Below, in pieces: positions 1 to 12,185 of a DNA stretch of 64,000 bases. Origin of the DNA: Octopus vulgaris. Taxonomy: Eukaryota. Location of the stretch: the NCBI GenBank assembly GCA_951406725.2, contig OX597815.1, forward strand, positions 106,330,001 to 106,394,000. The letters are read 5' to 3'. Each line of letters opens with the position of its first letter. The first letter of the stretch is position 1. The notes below the pieces were generated by a model, which made no database searches, was not told where the DNA came from, and saw nothing but the letters and a program-made list of their open reading frames with translations. The translations under genes were made by a program, and so were the position numbers.

Positions 1-2637
1 CACCTTTCACATTAAAATTACAACTAAGAAATGATGATGATGGTAATGGAAGAGGTGATTACAGAATGATTATAAACTAGCTAGAACAACATAAGGCGAA
101 GTGTATTAATGTCATAAAATGCCGGTTTCGTTTCACTTCGTTGTTTTGCTTTCTGTTTTAATCTGTTTTATATTCACATACATCAACAATATATATATAT
201 ATATATATTATATAATTATTTTTAAAATAATAAAACTCACGTCCACCAAGCATGGAATCTGGTTTTGGGACAATGTTCGGTAGATCAGCTTCATTGTGGA
301 GGAAAGACACCGTTTACAAATTCGTAGTTTCACTTTCGTATGAATATCTTCAGCAGATCAATAACATATAAACAGTCTCCGGTAATCTATCAAAAACTAA
401 CAAAACAACTCACTTTACTTTCTTTAAAAAGTGTTCGATTTTATTTTCTTAATAACGCTTGCGAAGCAAATACTATTAGATCATGTTTACACAGATTTAC
501 ATATATATAATGTAATGTTATAGAATAATATCATAAACATATGTGCACGTGTGTATGTATATATGTATATGTAAATGAATAGTTATTTGAGCTATAGAGA
601 TCAGAGGTACTATACACATTAAATACAATACAAACTATTGTGGATCGATTTAATTTGACTGAATCAATTATGTGTGTGTGTACACATACAAACAAGCAAA
701 AAAAGTCATGTGCACGTGCATATATATATCTGTGTATACATATAGGTATACACGCATAGAGTGAGAGAGAAGTCGTGTGTATGTGTTTTGTACGTACAAA
801 ATAAGATGACAGAAATAATATTTATTCGAATATTGAAGGTATAGCTACTTAAATACTAAATTTTTTATTGAAGCTGATTGTTTATGTGAAACTCGGAGTA
901 ACAGTCTGAAGTTTATGATGAACAATCATTCTCACCTCATCCCCTTTTTTATGAGTTTCAACAAGAGATTAAAAGATTACAAGGTTACGATTTTTTATCT
1001 TTTACTTGTTTTTGTCAAATTTTTAATTTCTCCCCCACTACAGCTCATTTTGTAAAACTTTTTATTCGAAAATTTGTTCCAATTTTCAATTTCATAAAAA
1101 TTCAAGGTAATTACCATTCAGAAAGTCCCACTGGTTGCTGGTTACTGCTCATACCTGGTCTAGAAGTTACTAAACCAGCCCGTTTTAATGACGAGTGCGT
1201 GGATGAATACTGAACTACAAACATCAGATGATATAGAAAGCGGGCCTTAGTATGGTCGCTCATCCTGCTAGAAATAACTGTCAAATCTCTCTCAAACTAC
1301 ACATCTCAAAGGAAGGACACATTGAACAATACAGTCCAAGATACACAAAAAAATTTTTTAAAAGACGTGATTACGATTTTGAAAAAATGTTATTCAAAAT
1401 TTCAGGGTTTTTCTCTTTAAATCACATCCTTCCCTAACTTTCCACATAAATGAAATTAGAATTTAACAGAATTTACGTCGACACAATTCTTTCTTGGCCA
1501 GAACAAGTTTATACATCATCTCAGTTCTATTAAACATAGTAATTTGTCAGCTCCTTTTTCATCATTCATGGGCCCGTACTGGTCGGGGGGAGGCCCCTCA
1601 GAAACACTGTATTAGCACATTGTAAACATTCAATATTACACTACCAGCAGCTTCTCAACCTTCTTTTGATCGATACAGAAATGTTTTCTATAGATTGTTA
1701 TAGAATTTCAATATAGCCCTGAAAAGTAATTTAATATATAAGTCGCATATCTGAATTTTCAAAATTATTTTATTACAGGAAGTGTACTGACTAAGGCAAC
1801 TGATTTGGTCAGAGACTGTGTTGGGACTAAAACGATTGCGACGTGGAAGATACATTAGCCATTAAAAAACGCATAGAGACTTCACTTAAACATATATTGT
1901 TATTCTCAAAATTTTTGTCACGCGAACTGCGACCTGGTCACTGACAAGATTACAAGATCGCACTAAATCCTTGTTTGTCTTAGTAGATGTGTCTTCACAG
2001 ATTCTTTTAACTTGTAATTGTCCCCTCCCTCACTGCTGACTAAAACAGCTGCTTTATCATGATAAAATGAATCTTCCTTATTTGTATGTTTCTTAATCTT
2101 CTATTATAATTCCATTCACATCCAGTATGCGGCATAGCAGTGTTTCTCATAAGTGAGAAGGGTGAAGACTGAAAAAGGAGTGGGCAAAATTAAGATGATT
2201 TTAAACTTTTAAAACTTGTCGAATGCCATGGCGAACTGAGAATTTTGTGGAGGAACATTCAATTTTATCTCCCCATTAATAAAGGGGAGGGGGGTCAAAA
2301 ACTTCCCTAACAATATGATAGGGAGGAGGTCAGGTATTTTACATTTTGAGAACCAGTATATTATAGTAAGATCTGAGAACATTTCCAGTACCATGGACAA
2401 ACTGCATAACAATATATCAAACACTTCTATGCTGTGAGAGAGTAAAACTGGTGGGTGAACTAATACAATGTTTCTCATATAGGAGCACCTCAACAACTTC
2501 TAGACAGACCTGTATTACCTGGAAGAGGAACGGATAAATTGTCATGTTGAATTTTAAAAGTGTTATTTGAAACTTTAAAAGGCTTGTCTTGGCAAATAAA
2601 GAAAATAATGTAGATGCAAATTCTACTGTCCTCCAGT

Positions 2638-2786
2638 CAGGGCCGGCTCAATGTACCAGAAACTCGGGCAGTCGCCCGGTGCGCCAGAGAGGGCGTGACA
2701 AAAACAAAGAAATTTCCATGACTGTCAGCTTGTACACACCGAAGTTCAGATTGCCCAGGGCACCAGCAACCCTAGGGCTGGCCCTG
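2638..2786. mobile_element. hAT-type MITE
   Basis: TIRs cagggccggc / gctggccctg; imperfect 8-bp TSD cctccagt / cttcctgt. Confidence 0.65.
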
Positions 2787-3704
2787 CTTCCTGTTAATAT
2801 AGGGTGGGAGATAGGAAAGGATTTCCTCAATATTTTGGTAGGGTAGGTATTTGTTAGTTTGCTAACCAGAATGTTATTGCATTTGTAGCGTACCTCGGTT
2901 ATATCCTCACTGTTTGAGAGATATAATACAAATAATGTCGTAGCAGATAGCAGCCATCCTTTGGCTACTTAGGACCAGTTGTGTGCGCTACTCTGATTGG
3001 TTGGTTTTGGTGCAGTTTTATCTCTTGGTTTATTTCACGCCAATGTATAAACCAACCAATCACAACCTTCAGAGAAGGCCACATGACACTGTTTTTCTGA
3101 TATCTTGTTTGAGCCAACTAAACCATTTAAAAAGGCTAGATCGACAGAACATTTCGTCTTTGGTTCTAGTCCTTCTTAGGACTAACCAGACAGCCAGTTC
3201 CAGCGACTTGGCCATATTCCTGCGATGACACCAACACCAACATGCAGCATCTCAGGACGTTTTCCACCACTGTCACCTTAAGCTTATCGACAACACCAAC
3301 ATATCTACATGCACACCAACCAACATTGTTACAAGTTCAACTTCACACTGTTGTGAATACTCACCAAGGTTAACAGCTCCAGTCTACCTGCGAGAACTTT
3401 CTGTACCAAAGTAACTCAGCACAGCATCAAAGCCTCAACTTCTACACGTGTAGTAACTGGCTCTGCAATTGTGACCACCAATTTCTCTGTTACAGAAATA
3501 ACTGTTATGGTGTGTCTTACATCGAACTGGTATTTATCAACATCTTGTCTGAACATTCATTTTTGTATCCTGAGAGACACATTTTCTATTATGCAGAGCT
3601 ACTTACTACACGTGTTCTTTGTCTATTTCCTTAACTTCTTGGAGATTTTAGGTAAAATTATACTAATGTGTCCTGTTCTAAGTTAATTAAATTCTATGTC
3701 TTTG

Positions 3705-3796
3705 TGCAGCTGAAGATTGCTCTGCATTTTAAATTGATGTAATGAAATGATTGCATTGTTGAGTTTAATGGAGTTGCATGAAATGATCGTACTGCA
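3705..3796 (+). ncRNA. Degenerate type-I hammerhead-like motif in a Penelope pLTR-like repeat
   Basis: tgcag-CTGAAGA-[long stem II]-GAAA-tgatc-GTA-ctgca; stem I tgcag/ctgca is perfect; paralogous copy at 8231-8316. Confidence 0.5.
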
Positions 3797-3943
3797 TTAC
3801 CTCTGGATATCCTTGTTGCTTATTTTGATTTTAATCACCTTAGTTTGAAATTGTATGGATAATACCGTACTAAATTCTGGTGCCTCAACTTAGGTGCCAT
3901 ATTCATCTGAATCTAAATTATATACATATACATACATACACAT

Positions 3944-5730
3944 CGCTCGGATGTTTTTTCACATGCCACCAGCACAAGTGCCAGTAAGGCTACACAGGTA
4001 ATGATCACGCTCAAATGGTGCTTTTTACGTGCCATCGGCACGGAGGCTAGCTTGTTGCTCAGACAACGATCTCACTCATATGGTACTCTTAGCGCTCCAC
4101 TAGCACAGATGCCGGTCATCAAATTTCATTTCGATTTCAATTTCACTTGCCTCAACAGGCCACACTCAAATGGTGTTTTTCATGTGCCACCTGCAGAGGA
4201 GCCAGTCCAGTGGCACTGGCAACGTTTTGAATGTTTTTCCATATGCCACCAGCACAAGTGCCAGTAAAGCTACGCTGGTAAGAATCACGCTCGAATGGTA
4301 CTTTTTACGTGCCACTGGTACAGAAGCCAGTTAGCTGCTCTGGCAACGATCACACTCGGATGGTGCTCTTAGCGCTCCACTAGCACGGATGCCAGTCATC
4401 GAATTTCATTTTGATTTCACTTGCCTCAACAGGTCTTTGCAAGCAGAGTTTAGTGTCCAATGAAGAAAAGGTATGCATAAGTGGACTGATTACACCCCTG
4501 GTATAAGCCACAAGGTTATGGTCTCACTTGTGCTTGCTGAGTCTTCTCAAGCACAGCATATTTCCAAAGGTCCCGGTCACTAGTAATTGCCTTGGTGAGG
4601 CCCAATGTTCATGCTTCACCACCTCATCCCAGGTTTTCTTGGGTCTACCTCTTCCACAGGTTCCCTCAATCGCTAGGGTGTGGCACTTTTTCACACAGCT
4701 ATCCACATCCATTCTCGCTACATGACCATACCAGAGTAGTCGTCTCTCTTGCACACCACATCTGATGCTTCTTAGGTCCAACTTTTTTCTCAAGGCACTA
4801 ACACTGTCGAGTATGCACACTGACATTACACATCCTTTGGAGCATACTGGCTTCATTCCCTGCGAGCTTACACGTGTCCTCAGCAGTCACGGCCCATGTT
4901 TCACTGCCATGTAGTATGGCTGTTCATACACATGCATCGTACAGTCTACCTTTTACTCTGAGCGAGAGGCCCTTTGTCACCAGCAAAGGTAAGAACTCTC
5001 TGAACTTTGCCCAGGCTATTCTTATTCTAGCAGCTTCACTTTCAGTGCACCCTCCCCCGCTACTGACTTGGTCACCTAGGTAACAGAAGCTATCAACTAC
5101 TTCTAGTTTTTCTCCCTGGAATGTGGCGGAAGTTGTTCTCTGCACATCTTTAGTGTTATTTACTGCTCCCGAGCATCTGCCACATACAAATACTATCTTC
5201 CCAGTTAGCCTTCCTTTGATATTGCTGCACCTTTTATGTGTCCATAGCTTACACTGGGTACATCTTATAGAGTTTCTACCTACATCTTTTCTACAGATCG
5301 AGCAAGGCCATCTACCTGAAGGGATTTGTGGTTTGCCTGCCTTCCTATTTATTAGGACTTTGGTTTTAGCTAGGTTGACTCAAAGGCCCTTCGATTCTAA
5401 TCCTTGTTTCTACACCTGAAACTTCTCCTCGAGTTCTGATAGTGACTTAGCAATTAGAGCAAGGTCATCAGCATAGAGGTGCTCCCAGGGGCATCCTGTC
5501 TTGAATTCCTCTGTTATTGCCTGGAGGACTATGATAAATAGGAGGGGGCTATGGACCCCTACCTCCACCCGGAATTCTTCTCTGTATTTGTTGCCAACCC
5601 TCACCTTACTGACAGCGTCCCTGTACATGGCTTGCACAGCTCTCAGTAACCATCCATCTATCCCTAGTTTCCTCATTGACCACCAGATAAGGGATCAGGG
5701 GACCCTGTCAAAGGCTTTCTCCATGTCAAC
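3944..5730 (-). mobile_element. 5'-truncated RTE-clade LINE (RT remnant plus 3' UTR with internal duplication)
   Basis: Frameshifted RT: DMEKAFDRV, YADDLALIA, LEVVDSFCYLGD, RLLWYGHVARM, GRGRPKKTW; 3' region 3944-4435 has two related ~220-bp subunits. Confidence 0.9.
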
Positions 5731-5921
5731 ACCATTTTCTTATCTTGTATTAGTAATTTGTGGTAAATCATTTTACCTTTGCCCATATAATACGGTAAAT
5801 GAATTGATTGCATCGCAATCATTAACATTTATGTATTAACTTTTTTGGGTACTTCACTAGCAGTATATTGGATATACGTTATCCCATAGAGGGTTGCATT
5901 TACAACCCCTATCTCAATTTG

Positions 5922-5955
<34 letters not shown>

Positions 5956-6322
5956 TATACATACACACAAAGTTAAATAGAAAGAATATAAAATTAGCAA
6001 GTGGTAATATGGTAATAATATTACTGTCAACAATAACTAAATCCCCTACAATGAGAATGATATTAATGGTGACATAGGAAATAGAAACAGTAGTACTAAC
6101 GCATCTAATATATACAATATAGACTGTAACTCGAAGGTCTGTACTAGCACAGAGATTACTGACATGTCTATTGATGATGAGATGAATTTAAATTATACTA
6201 CAGTTGAGGGAAGGATAGATAATAACAGATATGAAAATAACATATACGATAGTATTAGTAGGATTAATAATAATAGTAATAATGATATGAATATCAATAA
6301 TATTAATAGTAGTAATTCTCCT

Positions 6323-6740
6323 GGTTGCCATTGTAGGTTAAATCCCACTGTCCGTTATTAGGCCAGTGTCTAATCCAAAACGTAATTTATAAATGAACAA
6401 TCATAACTGTGGCTGGTAACTTTATATATATATATATATATATAGGATGTTCGATAAATATGGAAAAATGTATTAATAACCATTTTTCATCTTTTGAACT
6501 CAAACATAAAGCCAGTTGTACATCCTTATCTAGCAAGATTTAGGAACTGAAGGAAAGTGGAATCGCATTTACCGTTAAATGGGATATAATAAGGAAAGCT
6601 CAGCGTTATACAGACAGTCGATACGGGTGTGAGATGTGCTCTATGGAAACTTATGAGATTTTTAAATACAGGGACAAGTGCAACTTGATTAATAATAGAT
6701 TAGACCTAAGGGTATCATGCGTACATAGGGTCACCCATAC
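6323..6740 (+). mobile_element. Penelope-like (Neptune-type) GIY-YIG endonuclease remnant
   Basis: Manual translation: GCHCRLN/CPLLGQCLIQNVIYK*...IYIGCS...NHFSSF...TSLSSKI*ELKESGIAFTVKWDIIRKAQRY...CEMCSMETYEI...LINNRLDLRVSCVHR; Cys-rich linker plus VIY/YIG motifs, with stops. Confidence 0.8.
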
Positions 6741-8230
6741 ATTATATATTTTCGAAATTAGCGTTTATAGGTGCTATACTTGAACTTAGGTGGTGGAAAT
6801 TCATTTTTGGTGTCATATTTGATGTGAACTTAGCCTCTAGTATTATATATAATAAAATCATGGGATACTGAGTTATATGGTGAATTAAATTGCATTGCAT
6901 ATGTTATAAGCTATATGGTATCGTATGTGGTGTGCTACATGTAGTTACTATCCCATGAATAATCCTGCCTAGTTAGTCTGATTTCATCATGCATTTGGTG
7001 ATTAAACTATTTGTTCCTTTCTATGATGTTCTACTCTACTGATCATATATATTTTTGTAATGGCTTTTATGTAAGTAAGTCTCCTAATTATATACCCGCA
7101 AGAAACTATAAAATCATGTATGTAATAGCACCGGTAACTTTGCAACTTATAAAATACCTCTTCGGTACCTCCAGCTGCCCTTGCTACTCCCATACCTATT
7201 GCTTCCTCTTTGGGGTTGTCTTTATCTCTTCCCTACCTCAAATTTTAATACCCTGTCTCTTTAAATGTAAGTTATATATATTTCTTACTATTCTCTATAA
7301 ATTCTTATTTTGATATCCTTACCTATTAACCTCTTATCCCTTACAAGTTGTTACTGTTCTTAAATAGGGATATATACTTTCTAGTTATTTAAGTCTATGC
7401 AAATTGATTATAATATATCCATAATAATGTATAAATATTTGTGTATGTTTGCACATAGATAAATATGTGTGTATATCTGTACACAACTTTTTTTTTTTTT
7501 CTGATTCTTAGCTTATAATCAATATATAGATAGCATGTTTATCTTTCCAGTATTTCATAAGTAAATGCCCAGAGCAGTCTATATTGAAACCACCTAATAA
7601 GTAAATAATTAAGTACACGAATGAATATTAAACTGATTCTATGTAATCTTTCCTTTCTAATGTTGAAAATTGGTATATATACACATTTTATCTATTTGGG
7701 TTAAGATATCATATTTGATAATCTTAAATTTTATCTTTATACAACATAACATTATTGTTTATAAACAATCACCCATAGTAGCCCATGATAAAATTTCCTC
7801 TGTATTAACATCATAGGTTTTATTAGTGTCTTGTTCCTTTAACTGGTAATTAACATCTTGATTCAGGTGGGTGGGGGGTCTTTCCCTACCCAGCCACCTT
7901 TAAAGACAGTTACTTTACACTACTCCTAAAATCTTGACATTTGTGATCATACCTAGCTATGAGCTGTCAACTCACTCCCGCCCTTCATTTTATACAGACA
8001 CAGTCCTGTAGTCTTAGATTTAGTAATTGATAAAAAGATAAATAAATTAAAAATGAACCACTATCCTTTACAAGCTATGACCCCAACAAACTTCATGCAT
8101 TTCTTGGAAGTGTAGTATATTCTTAGCCACAATAGGGACAGCATGTATTTTTTCTATCTTCTTGCTCTATTAGAGTATTTGAGTAAAATTATATTGTGTC
8201 CAACAGATTAAAATTCTATTTATTTATTTG

Positions 8231-8316
8231 TGCAGTTGAGGATAGCCCTGTATTTAAATTGATGTAATAATTGCATCGTTCAATTAAATGGAGCCACTTG
8301 AAACAGTCGTACGGCA
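8231..8316 (+). ncRNA. Degenerate type-I hammerhead-like motif, second pLTR-like copy
   Basis: tgcag-TTGAGGA-...-GAAAC-agtc-GTA-cggca; flanks are similar to 3640-3810. Confidence 0.4.
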
Positions 8317-8329
8317 TCAAAGCTTGATA

Positions 8330-9300
8330 TCCTGTTCTTTTTTCCTGTTGTTTCCCATTCATTGTCTGTTTCTTTCTGCTCTACCTCTGTTGATATTTTT
8401 TCTTCCTCCTTATTTTTTTGCTCTTTCTGGGGTTCTTCCTCTTGTATCTCCTCCATCTTTTTGGTTGCTGAAGGGCAGTCCACTCTGATGTGAACTTTCA
8501 GGCCACATTTAAAGCATCAAGGGATTCTGCCCTTCACCCTGACCCTCATTACCACGTCATCCATAATTATTGTTTCTGTAATGTTTTCTATGGTTTCAGT
8601 TAAGCCTTGAATAATCATGTCCAGTGTCTGTCCCTTCCATATAACACTTTGCGTTTTTGTGGCCTGGAGAACCGCTATGTTGTCCTCATTTCTCAGAAGG
8701 ACAGCAGTTGGTATCCTGGCCACATCTATCTCTGGCAGAATTCCCTCTACCCTAACTTTGGTTGCATGTTATCCATGGTAAGTGGGCAAAAGCACCACTT
8801 CCTCACTCTTAATGGTAGTTGCTGCATGCTTTTTTGTCATGTCCTTGGATATCACCTCCACTACTCCAAACTTAGTACCTCTTGCAAGGTACACAATTTC
8901 ATGCCATATTGGTCTTAACGCTTTTTCTATTTGATCCATGGTCATGACATCAATTTTTCCTTTAATTATTGAAAATGTTTTGTCCAAAATTGTTCCTTCA
9001 TATTATTAAGCATCTCTTGTTGGGGGTACAACATCAAATCCATCCCAACTTGGTAAATTTTTGTAATTTTCAAATTCACCAATATTAATATCATTTTCCT
9101 GACACTTGCCACGTCCACAAAGTTTCTCTTTTCTTCATTTAATTTTTCATTCATTTTCTTGACTATTTTCAAAAATTCTTCCGCTGAAGACAACATATCT
9201 GAAAAACTGAAGTCTTCTTCAGACATCCTTTTTACTAAGCCAACCCTCCTCTGTGAGGAGGGGAAGCATAAACAAATTGCTACAAAGCAGCACAAAAGCA
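8330..9300 (-). mobile_element. Non-LTR retrotransposon ORF1 (gag-like) remnant with CCHC zinc knuckle
   Basis: Minus-strand fragments ending RVRVKGRIP*CFKCGLKVHIRVDCPS (CX2CX4HX4C), then a charged tract; multiple frameshifts. Confidence 0.65.
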
Positions 9301-9462
9301 ATTAATCGAAGTGTTTAAAACACTGAAACAAAATAAACGATGTTAACACTGAAAATACCGCCGAAAATCACTCATGTACACTTGAATAACACTTAGAAGC
9401 ATGCTAATGATTCTGCCAGCTTGCTGCCTTAGTCCTTCTCATTGTAGATAATATAATCCTGT

Positions 9463-9715
9463 CAGGTGAAGACGCGTGGCCTAGTGGTTAGGCTATTGGA
9501 CTCACGATCGCTGACTGGGTGGCGTGTTGTGTTCTTGAGCAAAACACTTCATTTCATGTTGCTCCAGTCTCCACTTCGATCAGTGGGAAATGTTGGCCTG
9601 CTCGCCTAGCCAGCAGGGTGGCATCATTTGAAGGCTAAAATAATGCAAAGGTCCATTGTAACCAGTAATGTGTAAGAACATCTGATAACCTGGTTGGTCA
9701 CGTGATCGCATGGAT
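9463..9715 (+). mobile_element. tRNA-derived SINE
   Basis: A-box-like gcgtggcctagtggttagg and the core gtgttcttgagcaaaacacttcatttc; related copy at ~54895-55060. Confidence 0.6.
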
Positions 9716-9769
9716 CCTGTCAGACTGTTTGCAATGGGATTTGATTAATTGCTATGAAGTTTAGATTGT

Positions 9770-10374
9770 GTGCTGTCTCATATTAAAATCAACTCCGAAT
9801 GGGTATTTATTTATGCATGATTATATTACAGTACTTACATAATTATACAGATGCCAGGTTTGTGATGCAGCCTGCCAATAATAAATGAGGTTTATAGTTG
9901 AATTAATAATAGATAAGAAGGACTTTGTACAAGAGGTGGGAACATAGTCCATGATTCTTTTAACCTAGGGTTGAGCAGCGACCAAGAAACTTGTCTTCAT
10001 ACAAACTTGTTTGTCACTTATGTGCGCCTCTGATGTGTTTGACTGCACTTTCACAATTATGACACTCATTTATGTGAGGACACGTAAATGAGTGTCATAA
10101 TTGTGAAAGTGCAGTCAAGCACATAAGTGACAAACAAGTTTGTACGAAGACAAGTTTCTTGGTCGCTGCTCAACCCTAGGTTAAAAGAATCATGGACTAT
10201 GTTCCCACCTCTTGTACAAAGACCTTCTTATCTATTATTAATTCAACTATAAACCTCATTTATTATTGGCAGGCTGCATCACAAACCTGGCATCTGTATA
10301 ATTATGTAAGTACTGTAATATAATCATGCATAAATAAATGCCCATTCGGAGTTGATTTTAATATGAGACAGCAC
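9770..10374. repeat. Near-perfect ~600-bp foldback palindrome
   Basis: Arms of ~300 bp are reverse complements with a few mismatches and one 13-nt indel; central loop agga at 10077-10080. Confidence 0.97.
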
Positions 10375-10393
10375 TCTTAATCACTATGCCATA

Positions 10394-10640
10394 GGAATAT
10401 AGCGTAGTGGTTAAGAGCATGAGCTACTAACCCCAAGATTCCAAGTTCAATTCCAAGCAGTGACCTGAATAATAATAATAATAATAATAATAACAACATC
10501 AAAAATACCTTAGGAATGAGAACCCAGGTTCGAAATTTCCCCAAAACACCTGATGAAGGCTGGAGGGTATATCAGCTGAAGTGTTGTGTTAACAACAAAC
10601 AAGATGAGGACAAATATCTGTTAATTGTAAATAATGTACA
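10394..10640 (+). mobile_element. tRNA-headed SINE with (AAT)n linker and hammerhead-like tail
   Basis: A box tagcgtagtggttaagagc, B box agttcaattcc, (aat)n, then aacac-CTGATGA-aggctg..cagct-GAAG-tgtt-gtgtt. Confidence 0.7.
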
Positions 10641-11129
10641 TTTATGACCTATAGTAAATGAATGAACTAAAAGAAACAATTCAGAGGGGCTAGTGGCATG
10701 AAATTAAACTATCACAAAGGTAAATGTATATCTGTACACGGGAGCTGTGATGCATATGGATGAGGACAGCTGTGTAACGAATAGCTTCCTAGATTCTAAA
10801 TCAGGATTTGAAACCAAATCTACATGTTCTACAAGTTCTCTTCTTATTGTTCTCAGATTTCGCAATAGGAAATTTATGAGAGCTACATGTTAACCTGTAA
10901 CCTTTTGAGTATAACTTAGGTCAAGGCAGATAGGAGATGAAAAATTCTCTGTTTAACTTGACCGAATTTAGTTAGAAAAAATATAAATACAGAACCCAAA
11001 ATCCGTTTAATTTCTCTTCACTTGGCCTCTTCCCAAAGGAGTACTCACATAACCTGTCATCGCATGACTACACAACTTTCACCTGCTCTACTTTTTCTAT
11101 CCATTCATCTAACAGTCAATAAAAAATGA

Positions 11130-11420
11130 ATTAAACTACCTGCAGAATGGATAATAGAATACAATAATGCAAGTCCACATATTGCTCAAGTGACTCAGGA
11201 AAAGATTATAGCACTAAATATGGAAGTTTTGCCTTATCCCACTTACTCTACTTAAGTTACTTCATCTGACTATCATCTTTTCAGACCATTGCAACATTAT
11301 GAGGAGAGTAAACAGGTTATTAATTGTGAAGTGGTTAAAAATATTGTTGAGTGCTTGTTTGCTTCAAAACTTGAATAAATTTATGGCCATGAGTTGAACA
11401 ATTTGCCAAATAGACGGAGT
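11130..11420 (+). mobile_element. Mariner transposase remnant (catalytic C-terminal part)
   Basis: YNNASPHIAQVTQEKIIALNMEVLPYPTYST*VTSSDYHLFRPLQH, resembling HDNARPH...WEVLPHPPYSPDLAPSDYHLF. Confidence 0.75.
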
Positions 11421-12185
11421 TGTAGCAAGGGCTAGTTTCGAAACCGTGTAGGTGTACTAACTAGACTGGGACTACATCAGATCATGCAACTTCCTTGAAT
11501 ACTAACCAATCATCTTGCAACAATATCACCCTATATTATTGGAAATTCCAGATGTCCTCACATAAATGAGTGTTATAATTGTGAAAGTGCAGTCAAACAC
11601 ATCAGAGGCGCACATAAGTGACAAATAGAAAGTGAACTCTTGAAATTTTGTTTTTTATTTTCAATTCCACAACACAACGCTAATGTAAAAAACAAAGTGT
11701 TCACTTTAATTGATATTCAATAGTATACTAATAGAAAATTTGTGTTTCAATAGTCAATGATATATTTCGTCTTTTAGTTTCAAAGGTAAAATTATTTGAA
11801 ATTCAACGAAACAATTAAAAAGGGAAAGAAGTGTTAGAAAAGGAAACACAATGTTGAAAATCTCCTTATTTGAAAACAGATCGAAGATTCTTTAACTGAC
11901 TCCCTCCACCCCATCCTTTAACCAGCTACCTGAACACTGTGGCCAAATGATAAAAAGCTGTTTTTAATATATAACAGCCTGAAGGTGGTGCGCCAGCAGA
12001 ATCGTTAGCAAGCTGGCCTTGTGGCATTCTGTCCATCTTTGCTTTCAGGATTCAAATGCCACCAGGATTGACTTTTCTTTTCATCCTTTCGAGGTCGATA
12101 AAAAAAGTACCTGTAATCACTGGGGTCAATGTGATCGACTTAACCCTCCCTCTAAACTGCTGGCCTTGTACCAAAATTTGAAACC

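Noticed and set aside
387-413. 27-nt GT-AG mini-intron on the minus strand
   Set aside because: Too short for normal spliceosomal splicing; more likely independent or chance sites.
10394-10470. tRNA gene
   Set aside because: The acceptor stem does not pair and the sequence runs into a repeat body, so it is a SINE head rather than a functional tRNA.
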